NCBI GenBank assembly: GCA_964016885.1
Contig: OZ024741.1
Span: 171,988,001-172,052,000, forward strand
Length of the DNA: 64,000 nucleotides
Reading direction: 5' to 3'
Origin: Eledone cirrhosa
Lineage: Eukaryota
The translations under genes and the position numbers were made by a program. Below are positions 1-13,548 of the stretch, one piece after another. Each line of letters opens with the position of its first letter. The stretch's first letter is position 1. The notes below the pieces were generated by a model, which saw only the letters and a program-made list of their open reading frames with translations, made no database searches and was not told the DNA's origin.

Positions 1-891
1 GTTTCTAATATAGACACAAAGTCATCTCGGCAAAATTTGAACCTAGAACATAGAGTGCTTCAAGGAAATACACTCAGGCATCATGTCTGACGGTCTATGG
101 ACTCCGCAAATCCATTTTAGTATAAATTATGGACAAAATATCTCCTTGGCATAACTTAAAACCAGAATTTATATATTTTCAGTATAACTATGTACAGCCT
201 AAAGTCTTAGTCAATGCTCCAGTCATTCAGCTAACAATCGTTCTATAGAAGAAAATAACAGGGAGGACAAATAGAAAAAAAAATCTATATCAAATGCGGT
301 TTGAACTCAGAACGTAGCCAAATGTAACTAGGAATGATTAAAAGACAAATTGTTAATTAATATTAATGACATCAACATTAACAGCAACAACAAATAGAAC
401 AACAACGAAGAGGTTATATCGAAGGAAATAGTGATAATGACAATGATGATGGCGATGATGAAACCGAGCGATGAAGCAAAGAAGAATGTAAAATACAAAA
501 CTGAAGAAAGAAGACAGGCAAACACAGAGTATGTCATAGTGAAAGTTATAGATAAATTATACAAAATATTGGTATGATTAACTCTTAATATCCAGCAATG
601 ACAGCAGAAAATATCTCAAAACCAGTTTTGTTTATTAAAGTGTTTATAGTATCTTTACTAGTGGACTGATTGTTGTGAAATTTTGCAGTAATACGATAAT
701 GTTTTTAATTCTTAATGTCATTTACTGTTTTGTACTTTTGAAGATTGAATTGCCAATTTGGTTTCATGGGGAACTGGGCATTAGAAGCTAAATAGGTAAA
801 ACGCCAAGATCCTCTCTATCTCTCTCTCTCTCTCTTGCGCCCACGCGCGCGATTTATCTGTCTGTGTGTCAGATTGTCTGTCACTCAATCT

Positions 892-1200
892 GAAATGGGC
901 CTTCTCTGTAAACCTGTAGGTTGAGGAAGATAAACAGAGGGAAGACAGGAACACCTACAACACGTGTTCCTGGTGTTGAGGGTTGTTCTATTCACGGGGT
1001 GTAAAACAACCCTGCAGTAACGTTCCCCCTATTGGGGATTTCAATTGTTATTTTATTATATATAGTTTATTGTTATTTATTAATGTTAAAGTTATATGAT
1101 TTTTATGTAAAACCCCCGCCGTCACGTCTTGTAATGTCCCATTTTTGTACGCCCCTGTGGCAAATAAATAAAGATATCTATTTGTCTATCTATCTATATA
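892..1200 (+). mobile_element. 3' end fragment of Tx1-like LINE, (TATC)n-tailed subfamily
   Basis: Near-identical to 31427-31715; contains CCCCTATTGGGG, ends CCCTGTGGCAAATAAA followed by (TATC)n-like tail. Confidence 0.85.
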
Positions 1201-2071
1201 CAGAAATATATCTATATGTGTGTCTCTTTAACCTTCTCCAGCTCCCTATCTATCTATCTTTCTATCTATTCATCAGTCTCATCTCTATCTCCTCTTTGCC
1301 TGTGCCTCTGTATTTCTTTTTTCTTCTCTTTATCACCATGGCACTCTATTCCATTCATGTCTATCCATGTCTTCATTTTTTCTCTTTCTCTATTTCTCTA
1401 TCTCATATAAAATAGCTTCCCCTCCCTTCTCCATCTCCCTCTCTCTCTCACACCCCCTCACACCCCCCTCTCTCATTCTTTCTTTCTATATTTCACCAAT
1501 TCTGGAAGGACAAATTTGATTGACTGTGTCATTAGGATTTCATTCATATTTGAAATTGTCTCATGATTACTTGGCTTGTTGAGGAGAAATATTTTGGTTG
1601 ATTAGATGTATGTCTGTGGTGGGGTAATTTTATCACTTCTGTTAAACTTTGAAAAGAACTGAAGGAATATTTAGACAAAGTATATAACAGAAAAACAAGT
1701 AAGAAAATAAGGAAAAATAATAAGAAAAAACTAAATCTGTAAAAGATAAAAGAACCGTTTAAATATGTGAAGGAATTTATAAAACAAAGGAAAATAATAG
1801 ATAATGAGTCACAAGTAGGAAGGGATAAAATGAAAAAAAAAAACCATGCTAGTGATAAGACGGACACTAAAATTAGCATGGTATATTGCGGTGTGTGTTT
1901 GGTGAATTTAATGACATCAATAAAAGTAGAATGTGGCGGTTATGCCCGAAGCGAGAAGTGATTGACCTCTGTATCATACCGGTAATGGTTTCTGGAACAT
2001 ATATATTATTGACGACTAAAACATATTGAAGAACACAAATATGTATGGAAAGAAAAATATTCAGAAATAAC

Positions 2072-2150
2072 TATTGGGTCGTCAAGTATGAAATAGGTAG
2101 AAATAAAAAAAAAAATAATGTCTACAAATTTCATACTTGATGACCCAATA
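2072..2150. repeat. Short inverted repeat / hairpin
   Basis: TATTGGGTCGTCAAGTATGAAAT ... ATTTCATACTTGATGACCCAATA, 23-bp arms with one G-T pair. Confidence 0.8.
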
Positions 2151-2426
2151 AAACGGTCAAATAACTGTCGGTACATAAGTAAGTAAACACAACTACAAGG
2201 AAACATAAAACACAAGGGTAAATTATAGTTTCCAAGATTGACAAAGATATGTACAGAATGGAGACCGAGAAGGTTAGGCTCTGATAATCGGGGTAAGCAG
2301 AAGATGCGATGGAAATATAATATCGATAAGTTTATGAGCGTTAGATGGACGAGAAGGGGAAATGTATAGGAAACATTTGCACTGATCTAGGGAAGCTGTT
2401 ACCCTGCAGTGGACAATAATAATAAT

Positions 2427-2611
2427 TGTTTCTACTTTTGGCACAAGGCCAGCAATTACCCAGTACATTACTGGTACTTTATTTTATCGACCCCGTAAGG
2501 ATGAAAGGTAAAGTTAACCTCGACGGGATTTGAACTCAGACCGTAAAGGGACGTAACTATGCTAGAAAGCATGGCGTCCGACCCTCTACCGATACTGCCA
2601 ATTCACAGCCC
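2427..2611 (-). mobile_element. tRNA-derived SINE with target-site duplication
   Basis: On the minus strand: A-box-like TGGCAGTATCGG, B-box GAGTTCAAATCC, central CCTTTCATCCTTACGGGGTCGATAAAATAAAGTACCAG, (ATT)n tail; TGGACAATAATAATAAT flanks both sides (2410, 2612). Confidence 0.9.
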
Positions 2612-2959
2612 TGGACAATAATAATAATGAATGGTGGACAATAATAATAATGAATCAGAATTTGGAAAATAATAATAAATGAGTGATTTTGTGAAAGAAC
2701 GTTTTTAACAATTTAACATAACAAATGTTTACTTCATAAAAGTATCTAAATGAGAACAAAATGGCTACAGATTAAGAAAATATATCCGCTACCGGATATA
2801 CACGCTACGAACTGTTCACAGAAATTGACTCTACAGCCTAACAATTTGAAGGAAAAAACAGTGTTTTTAAAGATATATATTTTCCGTGAAACATATACAC
2901 ATACACAAGGTTCGAACACAAAAGAACCAAACTTCCACTGTCACTGCCTCCGTCTCTCC

Positions 2960-3102
2960 CACTCTCCCCATCTCTCACTATTATGAGCAAACGTGGGCCC
3001 ACGTGCTGGTAGCCCCGTGGCTCCGGCAGATAGAATGGAGAAGGCGTTTCCCCGGAAGATGGGTAGTGAGGCGCGCTCGAAGAGCCATTCCAGCTCATCT
3101 AT
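2960..3102 (-). mobile_element. C-terminal fragment of CRE-type (restriction-like endonuclease) non-LTR retrotransposon
   Basis: Minus strand translates to ELEWLFERASLPIFRGNAFSILSAGA, matching ELEWLFQCVSLAVPRVNAYSILSAGA at the end of ORF 28137-28739. Confidence 0.7.
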
Positions 3103-3744
3103 GCTGAGTATTTTGGATGTATGTTTCAGGAAAAATGTGCATCTTATAAATCAAGAAGTACAACAATTATATTTTATGCAGAGCTCAACATATATTGGTT
3201 AATCTGAAATTGCGTAAATGTAGGTATACCTACAATTTTTAAATTATGACCTACGCTGCGAAGAGGAAAACAAAAACTGAAAAAACATTTCTTATATCTC
3301 TCCATTGAGATTGTCCTGGTTCGTTTCATTTCTACTTTGAAATGCATCATACAAGAAGTGCCCTCATTTGCTATTCAGGATGAGACTGATAGTTTAGAGC
3401 TATTTATATCAAACACTAATCAGTACACATCCAAACTGACCAGTCTAATTTGGATGGCCATGCAACTTGGTTACTAATTAATTCATTTATGTACAACACA
3501 ACCTAACGAAAACTTAGGGAAAGAAAAAATATCAAAGAATGTAGTTGTGGTATGGTATGGTCTTGTAACACCTGAAGGTGTCAAAGGGGCATATTATTGA
3601 CATAAAGCGTTTCTCGGGCCTTTTAAGCCTGGCGGTGCTTATCCCTCTCCAAGCCTGAGTACAGCAAATTTCTTCAAGAGAAGGATAGACAGTCTGAGAG
3701 AGAAGACGTGAGTAAGAGATATAGAAGAAGAATCGACCTCAGCA

Positions 3745-3890
3745 CAAGACTGGTACTTTTTTTATCGGCTTGGAATGGATGAAAGGTAATGTTAACCTCA
3801 GCGGAACTTGAACTCAGATAGCAAAGAGCCAAAACGAATACCGCAGATCATTCTATCCGACGTTCTAATGACTGTGCAAATTCGCCGGCT
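3745..3890 (-). mobile_element. Degenerate SINE
   Basis: CTGGTACTTTTTTTATCG...GGATGAAAGGTAATGTTAACCTC...TTGAACTCAG matches the SINE family. Confidence 0.7.
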
Positions 3891-4756
3891 TTTATCAAAG
3901 AATGTAGTAGGAAGATGGAAAAATTTACAAAATAATATTTTCAAGGATGTGAAAGAATATATATATAGAGAAAGAAAAGAATATGAGATGGTGAAAGGTG
4001 GAGGAAATATGACTGAAATGAAATGGAAAGGAAAGAACCAAAATGGGTTTTAAAACGGAAAATTGACAGAAACAAGTGAACATAAGAAAAAGGAAGACAA
4101 TTAAGTTTTATAATTAGAAAAAGAAATAAAATGAAAGAGAAAAAATAGAAAATACGAAAGAAAGATTGTAAAGGGGGGAATGAATTAAAATAAACCCTAG
4201 AAACGTTAATAGGAAAGAGAAAGAAACAATGGGAGTAAAATACGAAAGGAGAAAAAGAAAGGAAATTTGAAAGGAAGAATATTAAAAATAAATGGAAAAG
4301 GAAGAAGGAAAAACATAATGAAAATAAAAAAATGTAAATACACAAAAAAAGAAGAAGGAAAGACCAAGAAAGAAAATTCTAAAAATAGAATAAGGATTGC
4401 ATATAATAAATGAAACAAAACATAGAATAAGGATTGCATATAATAAATGAACTAAAAATGGAAGGAATGACAATTGAAAGATAGACCAGTCTAAATAACA
4501 GAATAATGTAAGAAGCTGAAAGAATTATTGAAACAGTGAATAATAATCTAAAATAAATTAAAGCAAATGAAACAAAGAAAGAAAAAGAAAAAATGTGAAA
4601 GAGAGGAGTAAAAAATAATGAAATAAGAATGAAATAAAAGAAAGTGAAACAAAGAAGGAAAACCTGAAAGAGAGAAGAATGTCTTCAAGGGGAAATAATT
4701 TATATGGTAACAAAATAAAAAGTCAGAAGGAAAATATCTGAAAGAAATAACATGGT

Positions 4757-4862
4757 TCGTATGGTGTTAGGGTGTTGGATTCATTGTCTGGGTTGACGAT
4801 AACTTTGCCTTTCATCCTTTCGAGGTTGGTAAATAAAGTCCCAATTCAGTATTGGGGTCGAT
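4757..4862 (+). mobile_element. Degenerate SINE fragment
   Basis: ACTTTGCCTTTCATCCTTTCGAGGTTGGTAAATAAAGT central domain. Confidence 0.6.
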
Positions 4863-5099
4863 TCTTCCGCTATACCTCTTTCCGTGTTCTCTATACCACT
4901 CTCTCCCCTGTCGTTTAGAAGTAGATATATACATATTTTGACAATTAGAAAAATAATTGCCGTGTGAGATTAAACATTAATTTTTTCTTTTTCTGTAAAA
5001 ACATCATGGCTTCCGCGGAAGTGATGCTACAGGAGACTCTCACAGTGACAGCAGCAATCCTCCAACTATATAGCAGTGTATAGAATACATCATGTAAAG

Positions 5100-6481
5100 A
5101 GTCAAATGAAAAAAACAAAACGAAGAGGATGACTGATATGGATAGAGTAAAGATTAGATAATTCCGGATCTGTACACCCAAACGAAATAATACGTTTTAA
5201 ACAGACCCGTTTAATGGAAGCTAAACGCAGAAAGCCTACAAGGACGGATTAGCGAGCTAGTTAAGCGAGATATAACGGAGGTGAATATGGATAATATTTG
5301 GTGAACGATATTGAAAAGGAAAGTAAGTATAATACAGATACGGCATAATAAAATAACCTTAGAAAGTTTTAAACTGAAAACAGAGTTAATAGATAACCTT
5401 GAACGACTCGTTGAAACAAAAGGTTGCACGGTCCAAGCAAAGCCGCATTTACTAAAACACGTAAACACTAAAGTTGTTCAATGGGCTCTGGTGACAGAAC
5501 TGTTATCTGCAACGAGAAGATCTTTGAGCGATAGTGAAAGGCGTGTATGTTTAATTAACTTGTGTAATAATAAAAAAGAAATATTTAATCCATTCCAATA
5601 TATTGTATAGTGTATTTGCCGATCTCTTGATTTTATATACCTTGTTTTGATATTTTCACATATTGTTGTAATACCTTTCTAATATGTTTTTTGTATGTAT
5701 GAATGAGTCCTGGGATAATAAAAGGAAGAATTGCTGTTGTTGTTCCGCAGGACTTTCAGTCCAGGGCCTATCATTAACTTCCAGAAATCCCTGGCCTGAC
5801 AGAGCTACCGGGGAGCGTTGCCTTGCACGTATTCGTCCAGCGAAACCGTCGGGCACGTATTCGTCCAGTGTCCGAGTATCGCTGGCTTGTGAGCTAATCT
5901 CGAACATCTGTTGTCACGTGTGAAACGGATCTAACTGTCAACTAAGTCCACCGTCAAAATCGCCCCACCGCCCTTCCTTAGCCAGGAAGGGCAGGCTAGT
6001 TTTGTCTGTCTGGTGGCCAAGATGAAAGAGGTCGTATGGTGGACATGTCTGAAAGGGCTGAAGACGAGCACTTTCCTTTTCGGTGAACCCCTGATTAACT
6101 TCTTCAGATTTCATTTGAAAAGAAAAATCAGGGTGGAGAAGAAAGTGCAGCCTTCAAAGCAATTTGTTGAAAGGTGGGTGAAAGGGGTGAGAAAGGCACG
6201 AGTAAATGGGCCTGCTCTAAGCTTGTACGCGTAGATTGAGGGAAGACACCTAAGGGAGAGCACTTGCCCTGGCGGGCAGGGTGACTGTGGTTTTTACGGG
6301 CTTTCTCCGCAAGTATTCCCCTATTGGGGAATTTTCTTTTGTTTCTATTTTTTGTTACATCATTTGCTTTTGATTTATATTCATTTTTACACGCAGAGAC
6401 CCACATTGTACCGTATGTGCTGTCCTTAATGTATATTTTGTAAAGCGTTTGTGGATAATAAAGAAAACATTATTATTATTA
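5100..6481 (+). mobile_element. Decayed Tx1-like LINE ORF2 relic and 3' end, (ATT)n tail
   Basis: FQKSLA and KEVVWWTCLKGLKT...FHLKRKIRVE...FVERWV homology to ORF2 C-terminus; upstream KVVQWALV remnant; CCCCTATTGGGG; AATAAAGAAAAC(ATT)n end. Confidence 0.8.
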
Positions 6482-7584
6482 GTTTTTAAAAATAAATGAT
6501 CCAATACAAGGAGTAATCTTGTATTTTATTTATAACTTAAAGCCACCAAAATTCAGTGCTTAAGTATTACGAAAGATGTGTGACTAGCAGATATTTTAAG
6601 ATAGGTATTAATCTATTTACCATTACTATCTAACTGACGGAGTTATCCTTCATATGAAACATCATATAATCTTTTGTTTTGGCAGATAAGGCTACAGACA
6701 TATAAATAGATAAATAGATAATGTAAGTAGGTATAAAGATATATGTATAGTTAGATCGACATGTAGGTAGAGGGCTAGAAAGATTTAAAAAAATATATAT
6801 ATATATAGAAAGCGGGGAGAGGATTAGATAGATACATGTAATGAGGAGTGGGGATTTCCATTTATCATCAAATGTTTGAAAGCATTTCTATAATCTTCAG
6901 CCATCTACTGTATATTTTTGACATACGATTAAAGAAGGTGTAAGCATCATCATCGTCATTTTCTTAGCTTGGATACTACTTACCTTACGCCACTTTCTAC
7001 CTTTAGTTATGTGTCCTATTAGCCCACTGATATTAGTTAGAACACGGAGGCATCCAACGTCAGGGTCATTACGTGGTCGTTTGTCCTACTAGAAATAGCA
7101 GGGACATTTCAGTAAAATGACACCCTATTGTCTAACCCCACTCCAAACAGCAGAATGGCTAACATTGGAAAATATAGTCATATAACTTTTGCTTGAAGAC
7201 ATAATGAACTCGGATGGAGCACCTTTTCTTATAGGCGACAACCAGAGCCTCGGAAATCAATTTTACAAAGCGGAACAAGACTGTTATTGAATCCCAGGAG
7301 AAGAACTCCTCTCTCATTTAAAGGGGACGTGGCATCAGATATTTAGGATTCCATTCTCAGCTCACCGGGCCCCAGACTGATATAGTGGTTGAACCCTCAA
7401 ATTACTCTGCTTTCCTTGCTAAGTGTGTTAAATGTATCTTTACATAATTTTTATTTAGTTATGAGCCGTACTTTTTGTCTGTTCAGATTCTTTAAGATGT
7501 TTCAAGTGATTTTTGTTTGATATTTTCTTTTAATTCAGGGTACTTCGGTTTTTGTGGAGGGGTGCTATTGTTAGTATTTGTCTC

Positions 7585-7878
7585 TCCGCCAAGGTTAACT
7601 TTGCCTTTCATCCTTACGGGGTAGATAAAATAAAGTACCAGTAATGTACTGGGTAATTGCTGGCCTTGTGCCTAAAGAAGAAACAATTATTTTAGTGAAT
7701 TGGCAGTTTCGGTAGAGGGTCGGACATGCTTTCCAGCATAGTTACGTCCCTTTACGATCTGAGTTCAAATCCCGTCGAGGTTAACTTTACCTTTCATCCA
7801 TACAGAGGTCGATAAAATAAAGTACCAGTAATGTACTGGGTAATTGCTGGCCTTGTGCCAAAAGTAGAAACTATTATT
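7585..7878 (+). mobile_element. Two tandem SINE copies (5'-truncated 7585-7691, near full 7696-7878)
   Basis: Two consecutive copies of the SINE central domain and CCTTGTGCC..AAAGTAGAAAC.ATTATT end. Confidence 0.88.
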
Positions 7879-8315
7879 TTAATCTCTGTATTTTACTTAT
7901 TCATTTCGTTAAATATTTTCTATTTTCTACCCTTCACGTATGTCTGTTTTTCATGTTTGTATTTAGATACCCACTTTCTACCGCAACTAAAGAGGCTGTT
8001 ATCTATATTGTTTGGTTTATACTGGTGGTATTTATGTCAGCATATATTAGGAGCGAATTTGCGATTTTTACCGTTGTTACATTTCGTTATTATTATTATT
8101 ATTTCGTTATTATTATTATTAGTACTGTTCGGACGTCTTTTTGCTCGCTCCCAGTAAGTCGTTTTATTTACCTGTTATAATTATTTGTTGTTAAATTTTT
8201 CTTGTTGTGTAAGGGACATAAACCCTTGGACTTTGCCCTGTGAAGGGGAAAGTATAATATATGGGACTTTTGGCCCAAATATTTGAACATTTTACTTTTA
8301 AAAATAAAAAAAAAC

Positions 8316-10150
8316 ATGGCTGAGCCCCCCAGCAATATGTCTGCTGTCGTGTGACAACGGCGTAAAAGTTGAGAGGAGGGTTACAGAAATTGATACAACA
8401 AACACCACCACAAACAACGTGAACAAAAACAACAACACTGAGAACACTAATTTTAAAAAAGTTACCACACCAACTACAACAACAACAGCGACAACCAAAA
8501 TACAGACAACAGAAAAAAATGACAACAAATGCAACCACGATATTAACACCACTAACAAGAAAATAAACAACGACAACAGCAACAATACAAATTGCACCGA
8601 AAACAACAACAACGGTGGCACCAAAAACACAACCAACTACAACAGTGATAACAGCAACAATACCAACAACACCGTTTGTAGCAGTAGCAACAGCAACAGC
8701 ACCAACAACAAGACCAGTAGCGGCAGCAATAATGGTGCCGCTAAAAAAGGGGCCACTTCTTTCGCTGGTGTGGCCCGAAATATAGAGACAGTGCCAGTCA
8801 CGGAGGAGGAGATGGCAGTCGCAAGAGCCATAGTGACAAGAAATGACAATAGAGTTTCCCTGAAACCTCCACTTGATTTCTTCAAAGACCAGCAGCTGCG
8901 CTCGGTGACTTACCGCACCGTAAACAAAATGTCACATCGGGTGGAGAGAGCCACGGAGGTTCAAATCCAAAAGGCCTTGCGGTGCGTCTGTGCGCGAAAA
9001 ACCCACATCACCCGAGACACCCATACCTTGTACCCATACCTTGGCTGGCCGAGTCTGTACTTGCTGGAATCGAGGAGAAGACCACTATACTGCAAATACA
9101 GAGAATGGGAAGAGAGAACTGGTCAGGAATAGGCTTGCAAATACTAATACAAACTGACCAGGAGTGCATCGAGGCCATCCCAGATATCATAGACCTCGAG
9201 GAAGGACTCCAACTCCCTACAAGAGTGGAAGGAAGGCGCCCAAAGTGCTATCTCTGTGGGCAGAAGGGTCACCTCAGGGCCTTCTGCCGGCAGAAGACAG
9301 CCAAGAAGAGGGCCCCCCTCCTTTCGACGCCTGATCCGCTGCTTCCAAGAGCAGGGCAGGCAATAGAGGCAGAAGACCCTTCCATGGTGAGGAGGAGGGC
9401 AACGTCCGTGGCACCCATACCAAGGCCACGGACAACTAAAACAACGGCAGCAGTGGCGGCAACACCAACAGTCGCAGTAGCTAAACCGGCGGCAAAATCG
9501 TCGGAGCGGGCTCCAACTACCACCACCAACAGCAGTGGAGCTCATATTCCTCCCAGACGCCACGGAATCCGACATGGAGTATGAGGAGGGAGGGAAGTGG
9601 TAAAGGGTCTGCCACAAAAAACAAAAAAACAAAAAACAAAAAAAACCCTTAGCTTCACCCTCCAAAAGCGAAGGCAAACAAAGAGGGATAAAGGCTGCTA
9701 GGAGACTTGCAGCAACACCACCACCATCAGCACCACCACAAGCATCAGCACCAACAACAACCACACCACCACCAGCATCACCAAGAAGACCAACATCGCA
9801 AACACAACAAAGCAACAACAAGAAAACAGCAACAAAACCACCCCTCCCCCCAAAAAGTACACAGCCATAAATATGGCAAATAAAGAACTCTTACAACATA
9901 TAAAGCAGCAAACAGACACCACAGAAAAAAACTACTACACCCCACCAACACCAAGAACTCTCCCGAAAAATATAAAGATTATTGAAATCAAAATAGAACA
10001 TCATAAACTTTTAGAATAAAAATTTACCAACTCAATTGGTGACTTCGGAGGGTCGGTTACCAAGAGTATATACAGCGACATCATCTTGGAAACACTCATC
10101 ACCAGCCAAAAGGACGGTTCGACTGTCCCTTTCCCACACGATCAGAGTAG
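8316..10150 (+). pseudogene. LINE ORF1 (Asn/Thr-rich N-terminus, CCHC zinc knuckle), frameshifted
   Basis: MAEPP..AICLLSCD start shared with copies 2 and 3; CYLCGQKGHLRAFC knuckle in ORF 8982-9584; end position approximate. Confidence 0.75.
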
Positions 10151-10186
10151 GTGACCCTTTCTCAATTATTCCATTCCTCACCCAGC

Positions 10187-13100
10187 ATGGCCTTACTTAG
10201 AATAGGCAGTATAAATGTACGTGACTAGGGGTCATCTTGGAAGCAGGGTCACCTGCTTAACGATGTCAGGTCACTAAACAGAGATGTGGTGGCCATCAGC
10301 GAGAGAAGAATTTCCGAACTGAGCCTTCGCACCGGTCTTCGGCGGCTACGATGTATACGCATCTCCCAGCTATCCAGGATCGGGGGGAGGGGTTGTCGTG
10401 CTTTTTCGGAGAGGCTTGGATGTCGCCATACGGGCATCTTCCTGCACGCAGAAGGTAAGTCGGTGGTGCTGGGCGTGACCGGCAGCGAAAGCAATGCTTT
10501 CAAGCTAGTAGCCATCTACGCCCCAGCATGGGCAGGACGGCCAGATTTCTTCAGACGTCTAGAGACCTTTCTTGGAGCATCCCGCTCTTTAGTGTTAGTG
10601 GGCGACTGGAACGGTATCTTAGATGCATGCTGGGATTATGTGGGACTAGTAGACAGGGCAGGAGGGTGTAAAACCCTCACCAACCTGCTCAGACGTTTTG
10701 AACTGTCTGACAGGTATAGACTGGATTATCCGAATGTGCCAATGTGGACATGTGCAAACCGCATCGGGTTATCCAGATCGTATTTAGATAGAGTATTCTG
10801 TAGGGAAACAGATAAGGCTAGTGTAGGTTATCCACAATTTAACGTAGTCGACTATATGGACCACAAATTTGTGATCTGTGAAGTTGACTTAGATAGACTC
10901 CATAGGCAAGAGCCCGGTTATGGAAGCCAAACGCGTAGTTCTCGGCGTGCAAAGCTTACAGAGACCGGATTAGCGAATTAGTTAAGTGTGCGTTGACGTG
11001 GGCGATCATCAACAACAGGTGGTGGTTTACCCTGAAAAGGGCTATTAGAGTAGAATCGATAAGATTTGGCAAAGGAGTAGTGATAGAGGAAAATAGAGTA
11101 GAGGGAGAGTTAATTAGAAAGCTAGAAGAGGCGTTTTGGACAGGCATCGCAACCGACGTGCTTGCGGCGAGATTGGCACTCGACCAATTCTTCAACGCAA
11201 AGAAGAAGGCTGCGTTGTCAGAGCTAGAGCGCGTGCTCTAAGACACGAGGGGACGAAAGCCGTTCAATGGGCCCTGGTGGTGGAGGGGCGAGGTGGCAAC
11301 AAGTCCACAATTCGGTCTTTGTCTGATCAAAACGGGCGCATGTTGCTCGAACCCTAGCAGATGTGTGCCGCTTTTCAACAGCACTTTGATCAATTGTTCG
11401 GGAGCGGCCGCGTGCCGGATCGGAGTATGGACTTCGGTGCATACCTCGAAGGACTGCCGCGGCTCTCAGGGCAGTGTTGCGAAAAGCCGATAACAGAAGG
11501 TGAAATACGGGCGCGATGTCTGACTGCACGAGGAATAAATCGCTAGGTTTGGATGGTCTGCCCTACGAGCTTTATGCGTATATGCCAGACTTGTACGGCG
11601 ACCTCTTGGCAGATGTCTACTGCAACTGGCAGCAGAACGGGAGCATTCCCGGGGAGCGGTAGCGCTGCTGAGAAAAGACCCGAACAAGGGCGACGTTATA
11701 GACAACTTCAGGCCCTTAACTCTGCTAAACGCAGAGTTTAAGATTAGGGCCAAGGTGTTAGAAAAGAGATTGGCGCTTTTAGGGGCTGGATCGCTGCGAT
11801 GCACAGCGACATCTGCTCGATTGTGAGGGTGAAAGATCACCTGTCGCAGCCTTTCAGCATCATGCGCTTGGTTACCCCCTCTCGCCCATCTTGTACGTAC
11901 TAGCCCTAGAACCTTTACTACACAAATTGGAGACGATGAGGGGATCCCACGCGACCTGGTGGGATGTGGTGGTGCCGAGCACCAAACACGTCCAGATGCT
12001 CGGCACCGCTCTCAAGGAATACGAAGCGGTGACAGGAGCAACGATAAACCAGGAAAAGTCGGTGGGCTTGCAACTCGGCACCTGGAGAGGCAAGTCCATG
12101 CCGTCCGACAGCGTTGTGGGGCGCTGGACGGAAGGACTGGTTAAATTTCTCGGGGGTCTTGTTCTGCCCGGACCTCCAGATGGAGAAAAACTGGAGCCAG
12201 GTGACGAGCAGCGAAGCCTCTCTCACCCAGAAATGGGCCGAGAGTAGGCTGTATTTGACAGGTCGGGCGGAGGTGGCGAATGCGTACATAGCGTCCGTCA
12301 TATGCTACCGTCTGACCGTTGTACTTTGCCTCCGCCCAACTCTGACTAAAATGGAGCGCGTTCTCTTCCGCTTTTTTCAAAGGGACGTGCTCTCATGGTC
12401 AGACGATCCATTTGCTGTCAACACCCGTTGCGTGGAAGACTAGGCCTGCCGTGGTTGTTGATGCGCAAACATGCGCTGAGGCTGCGACATCCCTGGTGCT
12501 TCCTTGACGGTGAACAGGTGTGGTCCTTGACGGAGCTGCAGTCCTGGAAAAGGAAAAGACCGAGGGATAGCGCTTGGAAGCTTGAATGTCTCCAAGTGCT
12601 CACCGCCCCCTACCGGCTGGGCACTAGTATCGGTGGAACATCCACCTCGGCGTTCTATAGAGGGCTAGTGGAGTGAAAGAGCGACGACGTTCTCAGGGAG
12701 ACACTGGGCGTCGAAGACGATCAGCTGTTCGCTCACTTCAAGAGAACTTTCAGACCGAGGCCTATGGACAACTTCCAGAAATCCCTGGCTTGGCAGTGCT
12801 AGCGGGGAGCGTTGCGGTTCGGTTATCCTCTACAGGCACGGAGGTGCTGTCAGCCGAGCCTGTCCGAGATGTCCGCAGGGCGACGAAACCGTCCTGCACG
12901 CATTCGTTCAGTACCCGAGGATTTCTGACTTGTGGAGCTATGTCGAACAGCTGCTGTCGCGTGTAGGACGGATCCGGTTATCGACTGAGTCCATTGTGCA
13001 GATAGCCCCGCCATCCTCCTTTAAAGAGGAGGAAGGGCAGGCAGTTTTCATCTGCCTGGTGGCCATGGCGAAAGAGATTGTGTGGTGGACAAGATTGAAA

Positions 13101-13270
13101 GGGTTGAAGACGGACACTTTCCTCTCCGGCTAATCCCTGATTAACTTTTTCAAGTTTCACTTGAAGAGGAAAATCAGGGTGGAGAGGCAAGTGCTGACTT
13201 CTAGTAAGTTTGTTGACGGTGGGTGAAAGTGGCGAGTCTGGTCCCAGTGAACGGGCCTGCTCTGAGTAGA
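10187..13270 (+). pseudogene. LINE ORF2 (APE endonuclease-reverse transcriptase), disrupted
   Basis: VAIYAP, LVGDWN, SYLDR, DHK (APE); NFRPLTLLN, PLSPILYVLALEPL (RT); segments containing SKAFD and YADD are deleted relative to copy 2. Confidence 0.88.
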
Positions 13271-13548
13271 CTGAGGAGTGGGAAAAGTGAGAGAGAGCGC
13301 TTGCCCTGGTGGTCAGGGTGGCCGTGGTCTTTTGTGTGGTTTTCACGACGAGTAACCCTCGGAGGTTTCCCCCTTCTTGGGGAATTTTTGTTGTTAGTTT
13401 TTTGGGGGGATTTCTAGCCCTATTTTGTTATAAACTGTTTACACGACCAAAACCCACTTTATATCGTCCTGTACTGTTCTGTGCCATCTCTAATGTTTTT
13501 CTTCGTGTCAGCCCTTGTGGCCAATAAAGAAACCATTATTATTATTAT

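Larger units (their letters stand above)
8119..13548 (+). mobile_element. Near full-length Tx1-like LINE copy 1 (inactive)
   Basis: Begins after (ATT)n and ends AATAAAGAAACC(ATT)n; ORF1 with CCHC knuckle, ORF2 with APE, RT and C-terminal zinc motif; many frameshifts and deletions. Confidence 0.92.

Noticed and set aside
2133-2185. Hammerhead-like TTGATGA...GGTCAAAT
   Set aside because: Both core boxes deviate from CTGANGA/GAAA and stem III is not convincing
3941-4740. Phe/Leu-rich minus-strand ORFs resembling membrane proteins
   Set aside because: Arise from a low-complexity purine-rich (GAAA) tract
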